This document shows positions 10,016-18,600 of a DNA stretch of 44,941 nucleotides, piece by piece; within the stretch, counting starts at the first letter, position 1; each line of letters starts with the position of its first letter. Where the stretch lies: contig UYFQ01000032.1 in NCBI GenBank assembly GCA_900617105.1, forward strand, positions 806,001 through 850,941. Reading direction: 5' to 3'. A model generated the notes under the pieces. The model saw nothing but the letters and a program-made list of their open reading frames with translations. It was not told where the DNA came from and did not search any database. The position numbers and the translations under genes are program-made. Source of the stretch: Hydrurus foetidus. Taxonomy: Eukaryota.

Positions 10016-10103
10016 CAAACCCATTTCAGCCCCTTCACGCCATTTTCACCGTTCCTTCCATTCCTTCTGCCCCTCCTTCTTTTCACTTTTTGAAAGACGC
10101 ATT

Positions 10104-11291
10104 ATGAAGATTAAAACCACTGTGGCGATTGCTGCATCTGTATTGACAGCTATTCTTTCAGGAGCGCCAGCACTGGCGCAAGCCCCGACCCCGGTGCAAG
10201 GTGTCAGCAAGACGGAGATTTTGATCGGCACCATTCAAGATCTTTCAGGCCCGCTTGCTGGGTACGGCAAACAGGTGCGCAACGGTATGTTGCTGCGCAT
10301 TGACGAAGTGAACGAGCAAGGAGGCATTCATGGGCGCAGGCTCAAATTAGCGGCGGAAGACGATGGCTATGACCCCAAAAAATCGGTGCTAGCAGCGCAA
10401 AAACTGGTGAACCAGGACAAGATTTTCATCATGGCTGGCCACCTTGGCACAGCGCAAAACATGGCCGCCATGCCCGTGCAGTTTGAGAAAAACATCATCA
10501 ACTTCTTGCCTGTCACCGCCGCACGTGAGATGTACGAGCCGTTCCACAAACTCAAATACTCGTTCGCCGCCACCTACTTTGACCAAATGCGTACTGCGCT
10601 GCCCAAGATGGTCAAAGAAAAGAGCGCTAAAAAAGTCTGCACCATCTACCAAGACGATGACTTTGGCCTCGAAGTTTTGCGCGGTGCCGAAGCCGGACTG
10701 AAGACGATGAGCATGGAGTTGACCGAGAAAACCAGCTTCAAGCGCGGTGCCACCGATTTTTCCAGCCAAGTCGCCAAAATGAAGGCTGCGAGCTGTGATT
10801 TGGTGGTGTTGGGCACCATCATCCGCGAGACGATTGGCACCATCGCTGAATCACGTAAAAACGGCTTCAACCCCGTCTTTTTCGGCTCCAGCGCCGCCTA
10901 CACTGACCTCATCCACAAGCTGGGCGGCAAGCCGATGGACGGCCTCTACGCAACTATGACGGTGCAGCACCCCTACTTGGATGAAACCTCGCAGCCCATT
11001 CGCTTTTGGGCCACCAAGTACAAGACCAAGTTCAACGACGATCCAACCGTGTTCTCGGTCTATGGCTACGACATCATTGATGCATTCATCCGTGCCGCCC
11101 AAAAAGCCGGTGCCAACCTGAGCACCGAAAGCTTCATCAAAGCGATGGACACCATGACCATACCGGCTGATATGTTCGGCAGCGCCGAAGCCAGCTACAG
11201 CCCCACCAAACGCCTGGGCAGTGATTTATCACGCCTGTCGCAAATCCAGGACGGCAAGTGGAAGGTGATTTCAGACTACGTGAAGCCGTGA
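10104..11291 (+). CDS. Liv-type (type I PBP) ABC substrate-binding protein
   Basis: Signal peptide ending ALAQA; DLSGPLAGYG; NEQGGIHGR; EDDGYDP; YQDDDFG; DFSSQV. Confidence 0.9.
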   Translation: MKIKTTVAIAASVLTAILSGAPALAQAPTPVQGVSKTEILIGTIQDLSGPLAGYGKQVRNGMLLRIDEVNEQGGIHGRRLKLAAEDDGYDPKKSVLAAQKLVNQDKIFIMAGHLGTAQNMAAMPVQFEKNIINFLPVTAAREMYEPFHKLKYSFAATYFDQMRTALPKMVKEKSAKKVCTIYQDDDFGLEVLRGAEAGLKTMSMELTEKTSFKRGATDFSSQVAKMKAASCDLVVLGTIIRETIGTIAESRKNGFNPVFFGSSAAYTDLIHKLGGKPMDGLYATMTVQHPYLDETSQPIRFWATKYKTKFNDDPTVFSVYGYDIIDAFIRAAQKAGANLSTESFIKAMDTMTIPADMFGSAEASYSPTKRLGSDLSRLSQIQDGKWKVISDYVKP

Positions 11292-11421
11292 AGGCTTAAG
11301 TGACCGTGCTTTCGAAGTCCGATGCAGTTTGAGAAACGCTGGGATGCGGCATAGCCATTGAAGGTCGCATCATGAAGTGGTTAAGCGGCACGTCAAACAG
11401 GGTCATCCTCAATTTCCCCCG

Positions 11422-12615
11422 CTACTTGGGCCAAATCGCCCACAGCCGCAGCGTCTGTTTCAAGCGCCCCGCCAGCTCACCGGCCTCTACCCCTGACCCG
11501 GCGTAGTAGTCGGCCCGCACTGCACCCACGATGGCGCTACCAGTGTCTTGTGCGAACACCAGTTTTTGCAGCTGTGCAGTGGGGCCCGGCGAGGCCAGCC
11601 AGACGGGGGTGCCGTAGGGGATGCTGCCAGGGTCTACCGCGATAGAGCGCCCCGGTGTCAGTGCAACGCCTTGAGCACCGCGGGGGCCGAGGGTGATATC
11701 GGCTTCGGGCACGGGCTCTTCTTTGAAAAACACATAGCGCGGATTGCTCCACAGCATCTCTTGTTGGCGCTGCGGGTTTTGAGCGATCCAGCCTTTGATA
11801 GCGGGCCAGGAACCGTCACGCAGCAAGCCTTGGTCAAGCAGCCAGCGGCCTACGCTTTTGTAGGGTTGTTCATTGGTGCCGCCAAAGGCCACGCGTACCA
11901 AGCGCTGACTGTCGTCAGCTTCGCGCACGCGCAAACGGCCTGAACCTTGGATGTGCAGCACCAGCGCGTCCACCGGGTCGGCAATCCACGCGATCTCACG
12001 GCCTGCGAGTGCGGCACGGGCTTCGGGCAGGGTGTCGATGTCTTGGCGGCTGAACCAGGGGCGACCGCTGCGCCAAGTGGTGGGCGTGCGGTACAGCGGC
12101 ACGGTGAAGCCAGGACGCTGGGTACGCGAGGCGTCCAGCACGGGCTCGTAGTACGAGGTCAGCAAACCGTCGGAGGCGACACCTGACAGCGGCTCGATGC
12201 GGTAGGGCTGCAAGCGCTCGACCATCCAGCGGCGCTGCTCTTGCACGGTGGCAATGCTGAGTTGGCGCACCTGGGTACACAGTGGGGCAAAAACGGGGCC
12301 AGGGCGTTCGCAGCTTTTGATCCAGGCGTTCCAGGCTTCAAACAGGCTGTCTTCGGTGAAGCCGGGCAACTCGGCCCAACGCACCGGCACCCAGCGGCTT
12401 TTGGCTTGGGAGCGGGGCGGGGGCAGAGGAGCGGTGTCTTCAGGTAGACCGGTGGCGGGATCCATGGTGGCACGGTCAGCGGGCAGATTGGAGTCGGGAT
12501 AACTGGGCTTAGCAGGCTTGGGCGCACTGCCACAAGCGGCAAGTAAACCCACAAAAACCACGGCAATCGCGCCTAGAATGAAACGCTTAAACCACCGCTG
12601 GATGAGGAATTGCAT
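11422..12615 (-). CDS. mltA: Membrane-bound lytic murein transglycosylase A (lipoprotein)
   Basis: Lipobox LLAAC; TSYYEP; LHIQGSGR; NPRYVFF; SIAVDP; AQDTGSAIVG..RADYY.G. Start ATG at 12615 inferred from signal-peptide length. Confidence 0.9.
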   Translation of the reverse strand: MQFLIQRWFKRFILGAIAVVFVGLLAACGSAPKPAKPSYPDSNLPADRATMDPATGLPEDTAPLPPPRSQAKSRWVPVRWAELPGFTEDSLFEAWNAWIKSCERPGPVFAPLCTQVRQLSIATVQEQRRWMVERLQPYRIEPLSGVASDGLLTSYYEPVLDASRTQRPGFTVPLYRTPTTWRSGRPWFSRQDIDTLPEARAALAGREIAWIADPVDALVLHIQGSGRLRVREADDSQRLVRVAFGGTNEQPYKSVGRWLLDQGLLRDGSWPAIKGWIAQNPQRQQEMLWSNPRYVFFKEEPVPEADITLGPRGAQGVALTPGRSIAVDPGSIPYGTPVWLASPGPTAQLQKLVFAQDTGSAIVGAVRADYYAGSGVEAGELAGRLKQTLRLWAIWPK

Positions 12616-12808
12616 GTTGCTGATTGTGTTGGAAGCCATTGGGGCTTTGTTGGTACTGGTACTCATTGTCTGGTGGACCATGTTCTCAGGCCGAAAAAAA
12701 GGGGAACTGCCGGAGCGTGAGCGCGCACCGGACGAAACACTGTGGTCGATTGCAGAAGGCTTCCCCCCTGTCGAGAAAAAATCGACAAAACCAAGTGACA
12801 AGGACTGA
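12614..12808 (+). CDS. Small single-pass membrane protein (64 aa), function unknown
   Basis: GAGGA SD at 12604-12608 before ATG 12614. Sequence MLLIVLEAIGALLVLVLIVWWTMFSGRKKG: one TM helix, a basic stop-transfer segment and a hydrophilic tail. Confidence 0.65.
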   Translation: MLLIVLEAIGALLVLVLIVWWTMFSGRKKGELPERERAPDETLWSIAEGFPPVEKKSTKPSDKD

Positions 12809-12824
12809 AACCTGTTAAATCGCC

Positions 12825-13481
12825 TTACTGTGTATGCAACGCAAGCACAGGCTGCTGCAAGTTTCGTAGCATATTGGCCAACTCAACGGCTGATTTAACG
12901 TCCATTTTGTCAAAAACGCGGGCACGGTGAACCTCTACGGTGCGCACGCTGATGCTGAGCTGGTCAGCGATCAACTTGTTCGGCAAGCCCTCCACCACCC
13001 GCTGCATCACGTCGCGCTCGCGCTCGGTCAGCTCAGCCACACGGGCTTGCAAAGAGATGTGGGCGTGCTGCAAAGCTAAGGTTTTGGCGGACTGCAGCAA
13101 CGCCTGCTCGATGCGGTCAACCAGCAGGTTGTCTGAAAACGGCTTGGGGCAAAAATCAAACGCACCGCGCTTCACCGCGTCTACCGCCGTAGGCACATCG
13201 GCGTGGCCGGTCAAGAAAATCACCGGTATCACCGTCGTCAAGCCACGCTGCACCAGCTGCTCAAACAGCGCCAGACCGCTCATGCCGGGCATGCGCACAT
13301 CCAACAGCAAACAGCACGGTTGTGATGGCACAAAGTTGGGCTTGAGCACCCTGGCGAAGCTTTCAGCGCTGTCGTAGCCTTCGCTCAGCAAGCGCCGGGT
13401 GCGCAACAGCCATGCCAGCGCATCGCGCACGCTGGCATCGTCATCAACGATGTAAACAAGAGCATCAGAGACAGGTTGCAT
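12825..13481 (-). CDS. FixJ/DctR-type response regulator (REC + LuxR HTH)
   Basis: VYIVDDD; LLLDVRMPGMSG; IFLTGHAD; KPF; LTERERDV...NKLIA..L.IS.RTVEVHRA. Confidence 0.93.
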   Translation of the reverse strand: MQPVSDALVYIVDDDASVRDALAWLLRTRRLLSEGYDSAESFARVLKPNFVPSQPCCLLLDVRMPGMSGLALFEQLVQRGLTTVIPVIFLTGHADVPTAVDAVKRGAFDFCPKPFSDNLLVDRIEQALLQSAKTLALQHAHISLQARVAELTERERDVMQRVVEGLPNKLIADQLSISVRTVEVHRARVFDKMDVKSAVELANMLRNLQQPVLALHTQ

Positions 13482-13523
13482 AACGCATGGAAGCTCGTTG
13501 GCAGAAAAAAGAAGAGAAAGGCC

Positions 13524-15677
13524 TCAATGTTCAACGGGCCGGGCAGGCAACGTGAACCTGAAAATCGTACCCTGTGGCGAGCGATTTTCAAATTCGAGTA
13601 TTCCCCCATGCTGTTCCACCACGGTGCGACACAGGCTCAGGCCCAAACCCATGCCCTCTTGCTTGGTGGTGAAGAACAAGGTGAACAACTGCTTGGCCAC
13701 TGCCACAGGGATCCCCACCCCGCCATCGGCCACAGAAAACTGCACGCCGCCAGTGTGGGCTTCTAAACGCAAGTCGAGTGCCAGCAGCTTGGTGGTGACG
13801 CTGGGCTGGTCCATCGCCTGCATCCCGTTGCGGGCGAGGTTCAGCAGCACCTGTTCCACCATCGTGCGGTCGCAAAACAGCGGGGGCAGACTTTCGTCTA
13901 CGTGAATTTGCACCTGTACCCCCAGTTTGTGCGCTTGCAGGCTGACCAACGGCATGATGGCGTCGAGCAAAGCCTGGGGCTGTACGCCTTCACGCTCTCC
14001 TTCGCGGCGGCGCACAAAGTTATGCACGCTTTTGATGACCTTGCCTGCCCGCTCAGCCTGTTCCGCGATGCGGCGCAGGGCACCCACCAAATCAGTTTTC
14101 AACCTATCGTGTTGCAGTGGGGTGGTGCTGTCGTCATCGCTCAGCAAGTTCAGGCTGCCTGTGGCATAGCTTGATATGGCGGCAAGGGGTTGGTTCAGCT
14201 CGTGACTGAGCAAGGAAGCCATCTCACCCACCGTCGCCAAACGGGCGGTGGCTTGTAAGCGCTCTTGGCTGGCCCGGGACAGCTCTTCCACCCGGCGCTG
14301 CTCGCTGATGTCCACATAGGCGCTCATCCAGCCGGTTTGGGTTCCCACGGCATTAATCAAGGGAGCTTCAAAAATCAACACTGGGAAACGCACCCCGTCG
14401 CGCCGCACGAAGACAGTTTCCAGGCCTTCGCGTGCTGGGCCTTTGTCCAGCGCACGGGCCAGTTGCTTCGCGCGGTAGGCCTGCGCCATGTCTTCGGGCC
14501 AAAACGGCACGGGGGCGGGCTCAGGGGGTAACAGCTGGGTGGTGCGCTCAGACTGGCGATCAAGCTGACGCTCCAGCAGCGGGGGCAGCACGGAATCCAT
14601 CAGCGAATCCGCCGGGGCGGGGACAGACACCGTGGCACTGCTGGGGGCCAGCAAAGCCTCTGCCGGGTACCCCACCATCTGGCAAAAAGCCGGGTTCACA
14701 TAGCGGATATGGCCTTGCGTATCGCGGGCCAGCAGGCCGGTGACGAGAGAATCTTCCATCGCCTTGCGAAACGCCAGCGCGTCAGCCAAGTTGCGTTCGG
14801 CTTGCAAGCGCCGCCGCATGTCCCGCCCCAGCAGCGCCAGCACCGACAGCAGCGCAATGGACAGCACCGTCACCAGAGCCGTCAGCACGTTGGGGAACAG
14901 GTCAGGCCCGGTGCGCCAACTGTCCAGCCGCAGCATCAAGGTGTTACCGGGCAAACTCAAGACCTGCAGCCCAGTGAAGATGCGCGTACCCCGGCGCATG
15001 GAGCCGTGCAGCGCCAGCCGGGTGCCGTCCATCTCGGTGAACGAGGCTTCTTGCCCACGGGTCAGCTGCGGGCCGACGGTGTCCGACAAGATCGAAGGCA
15101 ACGAGTAGCTGGCCACCAGATACCCCGAGAGACGCGCCCCGGTGCTGAGTGGCACGCACAAGTCCATCACCTCTTGCCCTGCACCGTCTTCTTGCGGCAA
15201 AAAATAACTGGGCGAATAGGCGGGGCCACTGAAGCGCCGGGCATTGGCGCAGGCCAGCGCCACATCGGCATGCCAATTCTCACGGCCCAAACGGCCAAAT
15301 ACCAAGGGGCGAAAAGGAGTATCCACATGAACCAAGGGCACCAAAGCCGCGTTACGCCATTCCAAACGGAGCAGCTCACGGCGCTGGCGCAGCAGCGCAG
15401 CGGCCTGCGCAGGCCAAGCGTCAACCGCAGTGTTATTGGCTTGCAGCGCTTGCAGGTCTTGCAGGTTGCGCGTCAGCATGGTGCGCACATCGTTGACGGC
15501 ATCGGTGGCATCACGCTCCACCTTGCTTTGTACCTGGCTGGCCTCGTACAGCCCAGCCAGCCACACCAGCGTGGAGAGCATGGTCAACACCAGCACGACC
15601 AGCATGCTCCACAAATAGCCACGCCGCCACAAGAAGGAAAGACGACTATGGCTGCGGCGGCGCAGGGAGGAGATCAT
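13524..15677 (-). CDS. Membrane PAS sensor histidine kinase (FixL/DctS-like)
   Basis: Two TM segments; PAS domain (YVNPAFCQMVGY); H-box LSHELNQPL; N-box EQVLLNLARNG; DGGVG; FFTTKQEGMGLGL. Confidence 0.92.
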   Translation of the reverse strand: MISSLRRRSHSRLSFLWRRGYLWSMLVVLVLTMLSTLVWLAGLYEASQVQSKVERDATDAVNDVRTMLTRNLQDLQALQANNTAVDAWPAQAAALLRQRRELLRLEWRNAALVPLVHVDTPFRPLVFGRLGRENWHADVALACANARRFSGPAYSPSYFLPQEDGAGQEVMDLCVPLSTGARLSGYLVASYSLPSILSDTVGPQLTRGQEASFTEMDGTRLALHGSMRRGTRIFTGLQVLSLPGNTLMLRLDSWRTGPDLFPNVLTALVTVLSIALLSVLALLGRDMRRRLQAERNLADALAFRKAMEDSLVTGLLARDTQGHIRYVNPAFCQMVGYPAEALLAPSSATVSVPAPADSLMDSVLPPLLERQLDRQSERTTQLLPPEPAPVPFWPEDMAQAYRAKQLARALDKGPAREGLETVFVRRDGVRFPVLIFEAPLINAVGTQTGWMSAYVDISEQRRVEELSRASQERLQATARLATVGEMASLLSHELNQPLAAISSYATGSLNLLSDDDSTTPLQHDRLKTDLVGALRRIAEQAERAGKVIKSVHNFVRRREGEREGVQPQALLDAIMPLVSLQAHKLGVQVQIHVDESLPPLFCDRTMVEQVLLNLARNGMQAMDQPSVTTKLLALDLRLEAHTGGVQFSVADGGVGIPVAVAKQLFTLFFTTKQEGMGLGLSLCRTVVEQHGGILEFENRSPQGTIFRFTLPARPVEH

Positions 15678-18600
15678 GGGCGGGCCTCGGCGGGCAAGTC
15701 AGCAGCACGCGGCTTGCGGTCTACTTTGACGATTTTCGGATCAGTCCACGCGCCATCAATGTGAAACTCTTGCGTGGCCGCCTCGATCAATGGGCGACGC
15801 AATACCACTTGCGACAAAAAGGTAGTGAGGCCGATCACAGGGTTGATGACTGAGGCCACCAGCGAGGCCGTACCCACGTTAATCTCGGGTACCACCACCA
15901 CCTTCAGGTCTTGGGTTTCTTTGGCGATATTGGCATAGCCCTCCATCAGCACAGCGGCGTTCACGCCTTTCATTTGCAGGTTGTTGGTGGTGGCGATACC
16001 CCGGTCAATCTTCACGTCGCCGCGCACGAAATCGAAGGCAAAGCCTTCGGTGAACACATCCCGGAAATCCAAAGCCAAGCGGCGAGGCAACGATTGCAGG
16101 CTCAGCACACCCAAGAGCTTGGCCAGACCAGGGTCGGCCTTCAAAAACTGCCCGGTCTCGATGTTGACGTTGAACTGCCCGCCCAAGCTGGGGTAGTCCA
16201 GCGTGAGGGGCGAGCCTGACCAAGAAACTTGGCCTTCGAGCTTGCCCTGGCCCTGGCGCACCACGTCTTTCATGCCGAAACGCCCGAGCAGGGTACCTGC
16301 ATCGCTGATGTCGAGCTTGTAATTCATCACGGTGCGGCGAGGCTCAGAGGCCTTAGACGTTGCAGGGGTCGTGTTCGCCGCCCAGTTGCCTGAGGCTGAA
16401 AAAGTGGCCTCGGGCAAGATCACGTTGAATTTATTGAGCCGCCAGTCACGCACCACCTCTCGGGTGGTGTCGCGGCGCTGGTTCACCGCCTCAATCTCCA
16501 CGCGCCCCAGCTTTTTGCCGCGCAAGTCCATGTCGTCCACCACGATGTCCAGCGCGGGGATACTGTGAGGTTGCTCGCCCAAAATCGTCTCAACTTGGAC
16601 GGCGGTAGACGGTGCCACAGTCAGGCGGGCCAGCCGGGCGTAGACGCGGCCTGCGTTGTTCGCGGTGGACTCGCGGTATTCCACATAACCGCTGAGCTCG
16701 TTGGCCTCCAGGTTGGCACGCCACGTCAAGCCTTCGCGCGAACCGCCCAGCACCACGTTTTTCAGTTTGTGACCATCCAGCCGCAGCTCGTGTGCGCGCA
16801 GCGCGATGACGGACGGCAGATAGCGCTGCCAAGCGGCCTCGGTTGATGCGGCCGCTAAAGTGCCTTTACTGCTTTCTGCATCAGCATGAGCAGCTACTGA
16901 ACTGATAGCACCCGTCGCACGAGACGACACGGCCACCCAGGCATCCACGTCCACCTCACCCAGGTTGAGGTTGGCGGCGACACCTGATTCCGGCAAAGGC
17001 ATGGATTCGCCGTTGACCAAGCCCACACCCAAACTGCCCCGCAGCACACGGGGCTGGGGCGTGGAAAGATCCCGCACGTAATGGGCGCTGCCCAAAGCAC
17101 CCGCCGCGCCCAACTCGAGCAGCAACTGGTCTTGCAGGTGCAGCCCGGTACCAATGCCCGCATTGGCACCACCACCGCTCACCGCCTCAGCGGTCAACGA
17201 TGCAGGCCACAAGGTGTTCTCAAACCGCAGGGGCAGCAGGGCATCGGCGGGCTTGTTCAGCAGTGGGGGCAGGTTCAGTGCAAGCCCTTGCAGCGTGCTT
17301 TGCAGCGTCACCTCGGGCACGCCGTGGCGCACCGTCAAGGTGGCGTTGTAGCTGGTGGTGCCGCTAGCGTTTTGGGCCATGCGGGAAATCACCCCGAGGT
17401 CACGGGCTTGGCGCAGCCCCTCGGCGCTGACAGTGCCCTGGGCGCGAAGCAGCAACGTGGGTGGGTTGGGGTCGTTGGCTTTGTTCGCTGTGGCTGTGCT
17501 GCCTGTCGCCCCTGGTATGCCTCCTGCTGAGCGCGGTGTCCCACCCTCCAGCCGAATCTCGCCCCCCAGCACGCCTGCCTGCACCCCTTGCAGCGCAAAG
17601 CCGCTCTCATTGAAGCTCACCACGCCCCGCGCCCGGTTGAAGATGGGGGTATCGGGATTGAGCTGCACATCACTGTTGGTCAGCGTGATGCTGCCTTGCA
17701 CCTTCGTTTTTTCAAGCTCGGTGAGGGGCAGGCTGAGGCTCAAACGGTAGTCAGCAGCGCCGGTGGCGGTGGTTTTGTCCAGCACATGGCTGGCCCAGCC
17801 GCCTACAGGGGTGGTGGCCACCAAGCGCAGCGCCTCGCTGAGCGGGCCTTTACCGTCGCCACTGACCTGCACCACAGGGTGCGCCAGATCCGGGACTTGC
17901 ACCTCGGTACGGTTGATTTGCAAGCCAGGCAAGCCCTCCAAACGCCCGCTGCTCACATGGGCTTGAAGGGCGGTGCGCTCGAACACCAGCTCTCCGCTGA
18001 GTTGAGTTAGCGCGGGCCAGTTTGCTGCGAGTTTGCCGTCCTTGGCGAACATGCCATGCGGCACAAAGGCGAATTGGGTATCTTGCAAGTTGGCCGCAAT
18101 GCGGAACTCCCCTTGGCGTGGATCACGAAAGGGCAGCTCGTGCAGATCGCCTTTGACGCGGAATTTCACACCCGTCACACGTCCTTGCTGCACCGCAGCT
18201 TTCACGTAATCGCGCACCACAACGGGCAGCACCAAGGGCAGGTAGCGGTGCACCTGTTTGGCATCACCCCGGCTGAGCGTGCCTTGCAAGTCCAGCACGC
18301 CAGGAAAGCGTGCATTGGCAGTGTTTTTGGCAAGGTCGTTGGTGCGCCAGTTGAATTGCGCCTCGCCCTCGGTGTCGGCATTGGCGAAGCGCAGGCGGTT
18401 GACCTGCACGGCCAACTTGTCGCCCTTATCGCCTTTTTCGCCCTTTTCTTTGGCGACGCTGCGCTGCCACAGCACCTCCGCAGACAAGGTGTCAACGGGC
18501 ACCACTGGGTTGTCAAAAATACCAGGGAACACCAAGGTTCCTGACTGCACGGTGAGCTGGGCTTTGCCACCGGCCTGGGTCAGCTCAAAGTCCACCGTGG

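Noticed and set aside
11292..11421. Intrinsic terminator between the SBP gene and mltA (GATGCGGC...GTCGCATC)
   Set aside because: Large loop and no U-tract on either strand, so too weak to call.
12616..12801. Extended mltA N-terminus (start 12801)
   Set aside because: It would put the lipobox about 90 residues from the start, and it is the antisense of the small TM-protein gene.
18415..18455. Short tandem-like KEKGEKGDKGDK segment in YhdP
   Set aside because: A low-complexity loop expansion of three imperfect units, with no evidence of function or phase variation.
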